From Octopus sinensis (lineage: Eukaryota): 24,490 bases of DNA. Below, piece after piece: positions 8,626-20,560 of the stretch (position 1 is the first letter of the stretch; every line of letters begins with the position of its first letter). A program made the translations under genes and the position numbers. The stretch spans positions 1 through 24,490 of the forward strand of contig NW_021836414.1 in NCBI RefSeq assembly GCF_006345805.1, in the 5' to 3' direction. A model generated the notes under the pieces. That model did not search any database, had not been told where the DNA came from, and saw only the letters and a list, made by a program, of their open reading frames with translations.

Positions 8626-8935
8626 TGTTGTTTGTTGCTTGTTCCTTCTCGAGCCGTGACTGGCTCATTAGGGCCGGTTTCCCGGTTTCCTTGGCGTATA
8701 GGTTCCACACCTGGACGGGACGCCGGTCCGTCGCAGGTGAGTTGCAAGATGCACGAGGAAAGAGTGAGAGAAAGTTGTGGCGAAAGAGTCAGCAGAAGTT
8801 CACCATTACCTTCTGCCGAAGCCGCGTGGAGCTTAGGTGTTTCGCTCATAACACACACATCGTCCGGTCTGAGATTCGAACTCGCGATCCCTTAACCGCG
8901 AGTCCGCTGCTCTAACCACTAGGCCATGTGCCTCC
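8626..8935 (-). mobile_element. Group C tRNA-derived SINE (tail type 1)
   Basis: Minus strand begins GGAGGCACATGGCCTAGTGGTTAGAGCAGCGGACTCGCGG...GAGTTCGAATCTC (A and B boxes). Its 3' part CTGCGACGGACCGGCGTCCCGTCCAGG...GGAAACCGGG resembles the V-SINE-type domain (recalled, unverified); ends in a (CAA)-rich tail. Confidence 0.8.
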
Positions 8936-9697
8936 GCACATTTGTGTATTTGGTTATTGTGAGAGGGATTTCTCGAAAAGAAACACTCGAATTAGAGCAG
9001 CAATTTTGGGTGTTATTTTAACTGCCACTATTATTAACATACCAAAGGCATTATTAGCTATGCCTTTGGTATGCTCGACCAAGGTTATTCTGGAGTAAAA
9101 AGAAACAACAGTGAAAAAACAACTGTAACAAAACAACAGCAACAACTAAAACTACATCAGTATTGGAAATTTTAGGGCATCGCTTGCTCTTTATTTTTAA
9201 ACTATAAAGATGGTGAACATCTTATAAAGTTGATGACAAATCTTATTTGACTTCAAAGTTCCGTTCGAGAGGTGAGATTAAACAAATAAAAGCGGTGATT
9301 TATTCCTTCAAATATCAACAAGCTCACAAGTTGAATGTTGAGAAAACTTAACCTTTATTTCCGTAACATACTGTCTGGAACAAACAAAAATATATTCCGT
9401 ATTTAGTGACCAATGTTTATTTAAGCATTTTCCGTATTATCAATCCGGTTCTATAAACAGCATTAAACCACTTATTTCTATTTCCTGAGGTTTCGGGGCG
9501 AGGGAGAGAAAAAAAAATCTAACTTCTTTTATGACTAATGGCATTTATCGTTCAATTTACACTACAAACTGTTGGCATGTTTGATTTTATATCTCTGCTT
9601 CTAAGATGGCTGCCAATTTGTGACGTCATTAAAATTGTCCGATTTTCCTCCCCTTTCCTCTTTCTCTCCTGTATGTTAGTAACTTACTCTCCTTCTG

Positions 9698-10027
<330 letters not shown>

Positions 10028-10774
10028 GTATAGAGAAAGGGAGAGTGCATGTGTGTGTGAGAGAAAGAGGGTGTGGTGAGATGGAGAGGGGAAAAGACTC
10101 AAAGAAAGACAACGCGGATGGCGAAGGTTTGGGTCGGTGATTCATGGAAAAATGACGGCAAGGAATGTAGAACAAAAATTTTCCTATAAAATGTTACTCT
10201 TGGTGCAAGTCCTAGACACGCTGACATAGACATTATAAAGATTAACTATCATAAGGATGAGTCATGCTCAATATATGTAGCTTCAGAAACTGTTCGAGAT
10301 TAACATTTATCCTCAGCAATCTTTTTAATGGATGTGATCCAGAACTCCCGGTCATCTGACTGGATCGATATTTATAACTACAGTGAGATCTTAATGTCAG
10401 AAATGTTTAAACTTATGCTAATTTATTTACTGAATTACGTTTCAGCAAAACTATGTTTGATATCGACTTCAGTAGATGTCGTAATGCGAAAATAGCTGAA
10501 GGCCGAAATAAAGTTGATGAGTCAGTTTCGATTCCTAACTAGAACCATCATTTCTCTATCTGTTTTTTTTTTTCTTTTTCTGTTGTGAGTTTAACCCCCT
10601 ATAACACTTTTCAGGCCTCTCTAACTGCTGAGCAGGAGGAGATGAGTTTTCTCTAGTTCTCAGTTCTGGTTTGAATAATTGTTATAGAATTTACTCCACT
10701 AAAGGCTTACAGAAACCAGCTGTTAAATAGCGGTGGGTAGAAATCATTACTCAAGGACAGTCACGCACTCACTG

Positions 10775-10875
10775 ATGGCCTTCCGTAGAGTTTCGAATCT
10801 ACAAACAATTTCACAAACAGGTTTTGGTCTATTAAATACTATTGAAGAAGATACTTACCATGGCACCGCGATCTA
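10775..10875 (-). mobile_element. Highly diverged group A-like SINE fragment
   Basis: CTTCCGTAGAGTTTCGAATCTAC...CACAAACAGGTTTTGGTC...GAAGAAGATACTTACC aligns loosely to the A body CTTTCAGTTTCCGTCTACC...CACAAGGCATTGGTC...GCAGAAGACACTTGCCC. Confidence 0.45.
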
Positions 10876-11090
10876 ACATCAACGTTTAAACCATTTCGTT
10901 CTGAATAGAACTGGTTAAGCAAACATCCATATGTTAAAAAACAAAAACGAATAAAATAGGTACAGTAGATGAGAAAAGTGATGGAAGTCGCAATTTCTAG
11001 CGACTAATTCACTGATAATTGAATCCTTATGATCGGAAATAAATCGATACTTAGAGACACTGCGATGTACATACATACATGCATATTTTT

Positions 11091-11474
11091 CTGGCACTAT
11101 TTTGGTTACGACGACGAGGCTTCCAGCTGATCCGATCAAAAGAACAGCTTGCTCGTGGAATTAACGTGCAAGTGGCTGCGCACTCCACAGACACGTTTAC
11201 CCTTAACGTAGTTCTCGGGGAGATTCAGCGTGACACAGAGTGTGACAAAGCTGGCCCTTTGAAATACAGGTACAACAGAAACAGAAAGTAAGAGTGAGAG
11301 AAAGTTGTGGTGAAAGAGTACAGCAGGGTTCGCCACCATCCCCTGCCGGAGCTTCGTGGAGCTTTAGGTGTTTTAGCTCAATAAACACTCGCAACGCCCG
11401 GTCTCGGAATCGAAACCGCGATCCTTCCTTCGACTGCGAGTCCGCTGCCTTAACTACTGGGCAATTGCGCCTCC
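11091..11474 (-). mobile_element. Group C tRNA-derived SINE (tail type 2)
   Basis: 11290-11474 is homologous to 8759-8935 (shared AAGAGTGAGAGAAAGTTGTGG-GAAAGAGT, GTGGAGCTT-AGGTGTTT, GCGAGTCCGCTGC). 11091-11289 is unrelated to the tail of that copy. Confidence 0.8.
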
Positions 11475-11604
11475 ACACATGCATACATACATACATACAT
11501 GAATAGATACTATAGACAGACACAAAGCTTTATGTATATATTATTAATGCGCTTACATATATTCCATACAGCACGCATGCTTTTACTTACATATACAAAT
11601 ATTT

Positions 11605-11638
11605 AAAGACATATATATATATATAATATATATGTTTT

Positions 11639-11669
<31 letters not shown>

Positions 11670-11678
11670 GGTTGTGTT

Positions 11679-11709
<31 letters not shown>

Positions 11710-11778
11710 ATATATATATATATGTGGGTGTGTGTATAATATATTATATGTATATATATAATATATATATATATATAT

Positions 11779-11814
<36 letters not shown>

Positions 11815-11815
11815 G
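11605..11815. repeat. Compound (TA)n/(TG)n microsatellite
   Basis: Direct reading of the sequence. Confidence 0.93.
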
Positions 11816-12231
11816 CTCACACGCATACAAAAAAGAACATAAATACATAAAAGTATGTGTGTGTGAGTTAGGTACACACATTGTATCATTGGCATGTATA
11901 TACTATGCTAGCAATTTTCAGATCATGAACCCTGATAGACAATTTTGAAAGAACCCAAGAAGAGTTTTCTCTCAAACGCGCAAACATTGATATATACAAA
12001 TGCAAATAAACAGTGCAGAGTTTTATAGCCTGCCTGTATGTACAAACACACATACGCGCACACGCACACTTACGCTCCCTTCGCACAGTTACAGCTATGA
12101 GTAGACGTGCAAAGGCATATCCATGCATATATGTACGAGTAGTTGTAAATATACAAGAAGTTTTAACAGATATTTTAGAAAAATTCATATTGTGATTCTT
12201 GTATGTAAGAATTAAAATCAAATAATGATAA

Positions 12232-12762
12232 TAAATGCTCTGGGGCAGTACCAGGCAGTGGCTCTCATGGCTTCTGATCTTAACTGATTGGAAGTGTTAT
12301 CACGTACATTGTTTTGTCTTGGTATAAAAGAAGGGCTACAGCAAATATTCTGCTCAATACCACAGATTTGCTTGTCGGTTGTTTGACCTTAATCAGTTGA
12401 GCATGTCCCTTAGTGGCTGACGATAAGTGCATCTCTGACCACAAGCAGAAGTAGTAGGGGAGCATCACAGCCATGTGTTGAGAGGAATTCTTAGGGTGTT
12501 TCGATCAACATCCTTAAACAGCCCTTGTTCAAGGACCTTTTGAGCGGGATGGGCTATTCGAACACAAGAAAATTTTAACAGGACCTACTTGCAAGGCCAT
12601 GCGTTAGATATTTTAATATGAGTTCACCATGTCGCGCACATATGGTTGTGATGCATGTGCCTGGTGTACCCTTATCAGACGGGTAGTCATGATGGGTATA
12701 TTGGGCTTCGTATATTTTACCCCAGTGTCACTTTGATGGCATGCACTGCTCTCTTACTCAAT
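12232..12762. mobile_element. Non-coding interspersed element (group D) bounded by (AAT)n-type tracts
   Basis: Complex sequence flanked by AATAATGATAATAAAT (12221-12236) and AATAATAATAATAAT (12760-12774). Its last ~175 bp recur at 12809-12962, again ending in AAT repeats. Confidence 0.65.
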
Positions 12763-12808
12763 AATAATAATAATGGTGATGATGATAATCCTTTCTGCTA
12801 AAGGTGTA

Positions 12809-12962
12809 CCTGCAAGGTCATGCGCTGTTTATCTTGATATGGGATCACCATGACGTGCACATATGTTTGTGATACAGTTGCCTGGTGTACCTTTATCAGA
12901 CGGGTACTCAACATGAGTATTTGGGCGTCACTTTGATGCCATGTATTGGTCTCTCACTCATT
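12809..12962. mobile_element. Second, partial and more diverged group D copy
   Basis: CTGCAAGGTCATGCG...GCCTGGTGTACC-TTATCAGACGGGTA...GTCACTTTGATG-CATG...CTCTC-ACTCA matches 12588-12762, with an internal deletion. Confidence 0.75.
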
Positions 12963-13072
12963 AATAATAACAATAATAACATGACAATATAATATTATAT
13001 CATTAAAATAATGATATTTCAAATTATAAGTACAATGCCAGAAGTAAAGGAGATGAGAATACGGATTTATTA

Positions 13073-13190
13073 TGATCCCAGTAGGTAACTGGTACTAATT
13101 ATACAGACCTCGAACCGGCGAGAGGCCAAGTCAACGAAACAAATGTTTGAACTCAAAAATAGAAGACGGACCAAACCTAGAAAGCATTTC
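13073..13190 (-). mobile_element. Diverged group B SINE
   Basis: GATCCCAGTAGGTAACTGGTACT...AAGTCAAC...TTTGAACTC...AAGCATTTC follows the motif order of group B. Confidence 0.5.
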
Positions 13191-13292
13191 ATCTATCCTA
13201 GCAGGGATTATATCAGCTCGATAACAGTAACAACAACAATAGCATCTGTAATAAGGATACTATTAAGTTTGATATTATATCATAATAGTGAA

Positions 13293-13626
13293 GGCGCATG
13301 GCTCAGTGGTTAGAGCGCCGATCTTACGACCGTGAGGTTGTGAATTCGAATCCCGGACCGGGCTGCGTGTTGTGTTCTTGAGCAAGACACTTTATTTCAC
13401 ATTGCTCCAGTTTACTCAGCTGTAGAAATGAGTTGTGACGTCACTGGTGCCAAGCTGTATCGGCCTCTTTGCCTTTCCCTTGAATGACATCGGTGGCGTG
13501 GAGAGGGGAGGCTGGTATGCATGGGCGACTGCTGGTCTTCCATAAAACAACCTTGCCCTGACTTGTACCTGGGATGGTAACTTTCTAGGTGCAATCCCAT
13601 GGTCATTCGTGACCGAAGGTGGTCTC
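13293..13626 (+). mobile_element. Group E tRNA-derived CORE-SINE
   Basis: A-box TGGCTCAGTGG and B-box-like GAATTCGAATCCC. Followed by GTGTTCTTGAGCAAGACACTTTATTTCAC...CAGTTTACTCAGCTGTAGAAATG, which resembles the MIR/CORE domain (TGTGACCTTGGGCAAGTCACTT...CAGTTTCCTCATCTGTAAAATG). Confidence 0.8.
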
Positions 13627-13728
13627 TGCAATCATATCATTATATTATTATCGCTTTTAATTAAACTAACTTACATACAAAGTTGATAAGTGAATAATTA
13701 GATACTTAATTATCACTTAATTTACTTA

Positions 13729-14006
13729 TTAGGTTGAGCGTTTATTTTTTTTTATTTAAAAATGCCCGCAGAAATAAAAACGCATTGGCAAAATGTTTCC
13801 TGTTACTTGAAAGGAAATCTTTTGCTCTAAAAGATAGTGTGTTTTCATTTTTTAAATTTTATTGATTTTTGGGTATTTTCATATCATTAAGATGGGATGT
13901 CAAGTGGACAAAACATTTTGCGTTGAATCGAGTTGTTAAATCCGTTGAAGATGCTCCTGAGGTTTGTGCTGTGTATGGAGAAGGGGCACTGCCTCAAAGT
14001 GCCGCC
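13729..14006 (+). mobile_element. Mariner transposon 5' relic (TIR start plus transposase N-terminus fragment)
   Basis: TA|TTAGGTTG at 13727-13736 resembles mariner TIR starts. From ATG 13892 the broken frame gives MGCQVDK..ALNRVVKSVEDAPEVCAVYGEGALPQSAA, like the mariner N-terminal HTH region (...CxVYGEG...). Confidence 0.7.
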
Positions 14007-14197
14007 CTTTTCTTTAGAAAAACAAACTAAGACGTGCGTGTAGATACACACACACACACATACACACATGCACATATATTGCATATATATACACACACAT
14101 ACATATACGCATACATACAAACATACATACATGTGTGTGTATATATATACATATATATATATATACGTAAATATATATACACACATAAATATGTATA

Positions 14198-14458
14198 TCT
14201 CTTTTACTCTTTTACTTGTTTCAGTCATTTGACTGCGGCCATGCTGGAGCACCGCCTTTAGTCGAGCAAATTGACCCCAGGACTTATTCTTTGTAAGCCC
14301 AGTACTTATTCTATCGGTCTCTTTTGCCGAACCGCTAGTTGACGGGGACGTAAACACACCAGCATCGGTTGTCAAGCAATGCTAAGGGGACAAAAACAGA
14401 CACACAAACCCCACAACGCACACACACACATACGCATATATAATATATATATATATAT

Positions 14459-14500
<42 letters not shown>

Positions 14501-14662
14501 TATATACGACAGGCTTCTTTCAGTTTCCGTCTACCAATTCCACTCACAAGGCATTGGTCGGCCCGGGGCTATAGCAGAAGACACTTGCCCAAGATGCCAC
14601 GCAGTGGGACTGAACACGGAACCATGAGGTTGGTAAGCAAGCTACTTACCACACAGCCACTC
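14198..14662 (-). mobile_element. Group A SINE, full length
   Basis: Reverse complement of the 125-527 element with a longer internal CA/TA tract. Confidence 0.9.
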
Positions 14663-14897
14663 ATGTGTGTGCGTGTGTGTGATCGTGTCTCTGTATATGT
14701 GTGCGTATATGAGCATGTGCGTATTTGTATGTGCATATATCTGCCTATGTTCGTATGTATTTCAACGTATGCATGTATTTGTATGCATGCATCAGTATGT
14801 ATATACTTGTGTATATATGTGTATGTGTATGCATGAATATATGCGTGCTTTTTTGTGTATGTATTTATGTACGTGTATCTATACGTATATATATAAA

Positions 14898-15292
14898 CTA
14901 GCAGTATCGCCCGGCGTTGCTCGGGTTTGTAAGGGAAATAACTATATAAGCATTTTTATAGATGTAAAGTATAATAGCCATCTCGATATGGCTAATCACA
15001 AGAGGGGGGGTGTTACTGTAGCTTTTTACGTTCTGAGATTTAATAATAAATTTTTAGAGAGTTACTTCCCTTATATATGCCAAAAATGCATTAAAAATGG
15101 GAAAAATTGATGGTAAATTTTTTTTATCGTAGACTCATCGTAGAACGCGCGCTAATACCCAGAAGGGCTCGATATGAATCACGACTATAAGATACCCGGT
15201 TTTGGTTAAACTGCACCGCAAAATGTGGGAATAGTTAGGAATCTATATCGTAGGAGACAGACAACACACAACCTCACTTTTATATATAAAGA
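14898..15292 (-). mobile_element. Non-autonomous Helitron, 395 bp, both termini intact
   Basis: Minus strand starts TC (15292-15291) and ends CTAG (14901-14898). Subterminal hairpin CCCGAGCAACGCCGGG (14925-14910). Inserted between host A and T with no duplication. All are canonical Helitron hallmarks. Confidence 0.88.
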
Positions 15293-15777
15293 TTTGACCT
15301 TGTATTACGTACGTTTCTTAAATCCATCTGTAACTCTCTTTTTATATCTCTCATACTTTATTCGCTATTCTCCCGTCTAGCTCTCTATATAACTCCTGAT
15401 TACTTTATTAACTATATTTAAAGGCTTTATCAAAGTAGAAACTTTGTATTTTTTGATCCTCTGTCAGAAGAATTTTTAGTAAGAGTTATATCAAATGTTT
15501 GTCGTACATGTACAACTTTGAAAGCTCCTCCTATGATCAACTGAAACACGTGTTATTTTGAACAAATAATAGCAAAATGTTTTTCCAATCTCCTGTTTGG
15601 ATATGAAATCATTCTGCAAATACTGTATTCCAGTATTTGTCAACACTTATGCGTGCCTCACACAATCAAAACATCTACATTTAATTTTGGAGTATTCGAA
15701 TAAGCAGGCACGATTCATGAGGACACAGCTTGAATTATATCCCTATTTAGGTAATACGTATGCATGCATGCAAGCAT

Positions 15778-15866
15778 GTATGTATATAGGTATGCATGTA
15801 TGTATGTATGTTGTATGTATGTATGTATGTATGTATGTATGTATGTATGTATGTATGTATGTATGT
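15778..15866. repeat. (TATG)n microsatellite
   Basis: Direct reading of the sequence. Confidence 0.95.
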
Positions 15867-16296
15867 CTCTTCTGTATTTAATCAATTGAATTTTTCTCCA
15901 GAGGAAGAAGGAACTGGTTTCTAACAAAGATACAAAGCTCCAACATTGGAATGTAGATAACGAAAGCAATGTCACATTTTAAACCTGAGAAAAGTCTTGC
16001 ATAATTTCACAGTTCCACTTACGGATTGTATTTGTAATTAGCGAATCAGTTAGTTGATCTCTTTTTCTGAAAATCCCGGCTGATCCAAACTGACAGTCAG
16101 CCATTTACTTACAAAATCAAACGCTCCAGTTATTAGTAACCCGATTAAGAAACTGGATCTTTCGAATTAGTTGCCCATAGTCATCTTCTTTCTCTTTGAT
16201 TTTCAAAGAAATATTCACATCAGCAGAACAGATGACCTCTATGATGGTACATTATTTTCTTGTCCCAAAGAACAATATCTGGCCTGTTATGCTTAC

Positions 16297-16376
<80 letters not shown>

Positions 16377-16463
16377 CTCTCTCTTCTCTCTATTATATAA
16401 TATATATATATATATATAGTAGAGAGACTATAGATATATATATAATATATATGTAAATATATA

Positions 16464-16530
<67 letters not shown>
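16297..16530. repeat. (ATCT)n followed by (CT)n and (TA)n microsatellites
   Basis: ATCT array at 16297-16376, TA arrays to ~16528. Confidence 0.95.
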
Positions 16531-16532
<2 letters not shown>

Positions 16533-16715
16533 AGAGAGAGGAGAGACAAATAGACATGCATACACATTAATATTCATAACACTGGCCAATATTTTTAGGG
16601 TGAGAGCCATGTTTTTTATTCTGACGTAGCGTATTTAGAACTACATTCCTTTTTCTAATAGTATGATTTGATTTCATACTGTTTTGACTACCACTTCAAG
16701 CATGTTATGCGCATG

Positions 16716-16819
16716 CATGGCACCTGGAGCCAGTGTTTTCAACTATATAACCTCGGGCCGACCAAAGCCTTGGGAGTGGATTTGGTTGACAGAAACTGAA
16801 AGAAGGCTGTCGTATGATA

Positions 16820-16863
<44 letters not shown>

Positions 16864-17141
16864 TGTGTATGTGCATGTGTTTCGTTACCGTTTGACAACT
16901 GGTATGTTGGTGTGCTTACGTCCCCGTAACTTAGCGCTTCGGCAATAGAGCACGATAGAATAAGTACAAAGCTTTAAAAAAATAAAGCAATACATGGGCT
17001 CGACTAAACCGATATAATAACTACTAGGCCTACTAGGATATGATAAGTACTAATCGATTTCTTCGACCAAAAACCCTTGGAGGTGGTGCTCCAGCCTGGC
17101 CGCAGTGAAATGACTGTAATAAGTAAAACAGTAAAAGAGTA
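16716..17141 (+). mobile_element. Diverged group A SINE lacking the tRNA head, with (TG)n internal tract
   Basis: CCTCGGGCCGACCAAAGCCTTG...GAAACTGAAAGAAGG...CGTCCCCGTAACTTAGCG...GGTGCTCCAGCCTGGCCGCAGT...GTAAAAGAGTA. Confidence 0.8.
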
Positions 17142-17619
17142 TATATTATGCAGACACAGATACAATGTAGATATCAAGAAAGATATATCGATGGAGAAAA
17201 GTGGATAGAGGAACAGATTACAATTGACTCTATAGACATGAGACAAATGTCTACCATTTTATAAATAATTTTCTTTTTGCTGTTTTATTATTTTTTTTTT
17301 TTTTGCTTCTGTATTTTTATTGCCTATCTTTTTTGTATAGCAATAATATCCCTTAGCGTGGAGAATAATAATATCTTGGCGTGTCATATGCTGTAGAAAT
17401 GCAAATACCAAAAAAATCAAAACAAAAACAAAAAAAAAATCAACCTTAACAAGAATACCACGAAGAACTACCAATTGCTATGTAATTATATATTTTCTCG
17501 CTGAGTCAATATCAATGATAAAACATGATAATTCCGCCTTTAAAAAAAAAGTAAATTAAAACTTTTATTATTGATGTTGTTGTTGTTTTTCTCTGTATTG
17601 TCTGTGGTAATTTTTTTTT

Positions 17620-17807
17620 TTTGCTGCTGCTGCTGCTACTGTTGATGATGAGTAAAAGGAGGTGGACGATGATGATGATGGTGGCGGCGGTGTCGGTGTG
17701 TGGTGGTGGGGGGTGGTGGTGGTGGTGGTGGGGGTGGGGGTTTGTAATGATGATATGCATTCTTTGCTAGTGCTGCTTGTTTATGCTGATGAAGCCGCTG
17801 CTGCCGG

Positions 17808-17838
<31 letters not shown>

Positions 17839-18072
17839 TTGATAATGATGACGAGGAGGAAGTGGAGGTTGTGGTGGGTAGCAAAAGTGTGGGTGATGAT
17901 AATGGTGATGGAGAGATTATGATGATGGTGAAGATGATGATGATGATGATGATGATGATAGGAGGGAGTGGAGGATGCGGTGGGGAGCAAAAATGTGGGT
18001 GATGATGATGGTGATGATGATGATGATGATGATGATGATATGATGATGATGATGGTGGTGGTGATGGTGATG

Positions 18073-18104
<32 letters not shown>

Positions 18105-18288
18105 GATGGTGATGGTGATGATGATGATGATGATGATGATTGATGATGATGATGGTGATGGTGATGAATTAGGATGATGATGGTGATTGTGATGATGATG
18201 AGTGATGATGATGATGAATTATGGTGATGATGATGATGATGATGTGATGGTGATGGTGATGATGATGATGATATGATGATGATGATGG

Positions 18289-18326
<38 letters not shown>

Positions 18327-18335
18327 ATGAGGATG

Positions 18336-18369
<34 letters not shown>

Positions 18370-18431
18370 GATGGTGATGATGATGATGATGATGGTGATG
18401 GTGATGATGATGATGATGATGATGGTGATGG

Positions 18432-18466
<35 letters not shown>

Positions 18467-18555
18467 GTGATGGTGATGATGATGATGATGATGGTGATGG
18501 TGATGATGATGATGATGATGGTGATGGTGATGATGATGATGATGATGGTGATGAT
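17620..18555. repeat. ~0.9-kb degenerate trinucleotide field (GCT, GGT, GAT)
   Basis: Direct reading; source of the poly-M, D, H and S ORFs. Confidence 0.95.
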
Positions 18556-19816
18556 CTTTTCATCTTTCTTCCTGGAAAGGCAATTTGACGCTCGGGAATG
18601 TTGCCACCTTCCATCCCTGCTTCATCAACGCGCCAAAATGTCAGCCGTGTTTAATTGAGCGTCACTTCTGTTTGGATACACACACACACACTTACACACA
18701 TACATACACACACTCACACGCAAATGCATGCACACGCACACATACACAGAGTCAGAAGCTTGGATATTTCTACTGAGGTCGCCATGTTTGTTATATAGTT
18801 TGGCCAGGAGTAGTAAGTAACTAAGGCTATCTCACGTACGCCACACACGCGCGCGCGCACACACACACACGCACACACACACAACACACACACACACACA
18901 TGTACATACATAAACATGATCTCTCATACTTACACAGCGGTTCCCTCCACTCATACTCACACAGCTAAAAAAAAAACTCTAATCACTTAGTATGTATATA
19001 TATATATATATGCATGTATGTGTGTGTGCGTGTGTGTATGAATGTGTTTGTACGTATATACACACACCCACACGCTCACGCCGTGTGTATAAGTGTGTGT
19101 GTACGCAATGGTCTCTATGAATGTTGGTATTTTAGAGGAAAAACATAAACAAACAATGTACAACGGTTTTTTTTGTTCCCGAGAGAGCGTTAACGGATAT
19201 TATGGGGAGGATGTAGAGAGGGAGAGGACAGACGTTTGTTTGGTTTAAGAGTTTTAACGCTTGTGGGTTAATTCTTTCGTATCTGATGTCGCTACTCTGC
19301 CAAAGTAACTCAATTTAAATCGAGTGACAAGCTTTTTGCCTCTGATCCCTTTTGTGTCTTTCTTTTTTACTTTGCAGTCTATAGGATTTATAAAGGCAAT
19401 TTAGGGATAATGGCTTTGAAGCACCTTCTTATTTATAATGCGATTGCGAATTTTCTTCCTTTGCAGAGGCTCTCAGTAACATTTAGTCGCCATTATATGC
19501 ACATACACGTACACGTACAAACATACGTACACGCACGCATATGCTTACCCCCACTCACACACACACATATGTATATATATATATGTGTGTGTACTTGCAA
19601 ATGTGCATCATGTACTTGTATATGCGTGTGTGATTGTCTTTTTATTAATTATTTTTAATGAATTCTTCGTACTTGGAAATAGCTGGATTATTAACAAATG
19701 GAATATGTTTATCGCTGGAAATTGGATAATAATAATGATAAGCGTTACATATTCAAATTCAGAAGTCCTTGCATAATGTTAGTTCTACTAAAGATTGTGT
19801 ATATCTTATATATATA

Positions 19817-19920
19817 GGCATAGGAGTGGATCTGTGGTAATTAGCTTGCTTACCACACAGCCACATGGTTCCGGGTTCAGTCCCACTGCGTGGCACCTAG
19901 GGCAAGTGTCTTCTACTATA
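19817..19920 (+). mobile_element. Group A SINE 5' fragment (tRNA head plus CORE-like part)
   Basis: GGCATAGGAGTGG...GGTTCCGGGTTCAGTCCCACTGCGTGGCACC-AGGGCAAGTGTCTTCTACTATA; stops abruptly at 19920. Confidence 0.88.
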
Positions 19921-20039
19921 TTCTGTTATTCTGATTTCCATTAGAAAATCTTTGGAAATTGAATACTTCTCGAGGATTTTTCTTCCGGACCGTATTCTCC
20001 TTATCTTGACCATTCGGTTGATACATTTATTGTTGCTGA

Positions 20040-20560
20040 CGTTCTTTAGCGGACGTTCCCTGAAGAATGTCAACGACTTTGAAAGGTTGTATCCACTGAA
20101 CTTAATATCTTCCTTCTTTTCTCTTGAGAAGGAAATTTGCTGGTTTTAATGCCTTTGAAGCGGATTTCCACAAAAGACCAGCCAAAGCTTCCAAATGTAA
20201 GTATCGGGGTTAATAAATATAGCAATTGCATTGTTGGATATTGTTTTGTTCTTAGATCTGACTGCCATAATATTTTAGTTCGGTATAATATTCTTTGGTG
20301 ACACTATCTTTGTTTCACAGCATCTTTGCACGATCATTTTCCCTGAATGATATTTTTAGTTCTCATTTTGTATAACACGGGAAACAGAGATTATCAATGC
20401 AAAGTCTTGGATTTGGGAAACAATTATCCTGCACTTCCATTAGTCAGATATTAATACGTTTGGACAAAATTCATCCCTGTAAATGTTCTTATAAAATTCA
20501 GCTGTTTCTCAGTATTCTAAATATTTCTTGGATACATATTTAAGTCATCCACAATGATTT
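20040..20560 (-). pseudogene. Decayed non-LTR retrotransposon reverse transcriptase fragment, R4/Dong-like
   Basis: Manual minus-strand translation across stops and frameshifts gives IVDDLNMY (IVDDL at 20555-20541), EKQLNFIRTFTGMNF, NKDSVTKEYY, KILWQSDL, NKT, LTPILTFGSFGWSFVEIR, IKTSK. The order and spacing match the xxDD catalytic motif and the thumb region of R4/Dong-clade RTs as I recall them. Confidence 0.7.

Noticed and set aside
10851-10865. U1 snRNA 5'-end-like ATACTTACCATGGCA
   Set aside because: Needs an insertion to match, does not extend, and falls where the decayed A-SINE motif GACACTTGCCCAAG is expected.
13293-13365. tRNA gene (also the heads at 125, 8935, 11474 and 19817)
   Set aside because: A and B boxes are present, but each continues directly into a SINE body shared with other copies or with the CORE domain, and I could not form a convincing acceptor stem. 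These are SINE heads.
13687-13719. AT-rich hairpin TAAGTGAATAATTA / TAATTATCACTTA
   Set aside because: Short, bulged and AT-rich; plausible by chance in this composition.
17968-18658. Poly-M, poly-D, poly-H and poly-S ORFs
   Set aside because: All frames of a (GAT)n array are open by construction.
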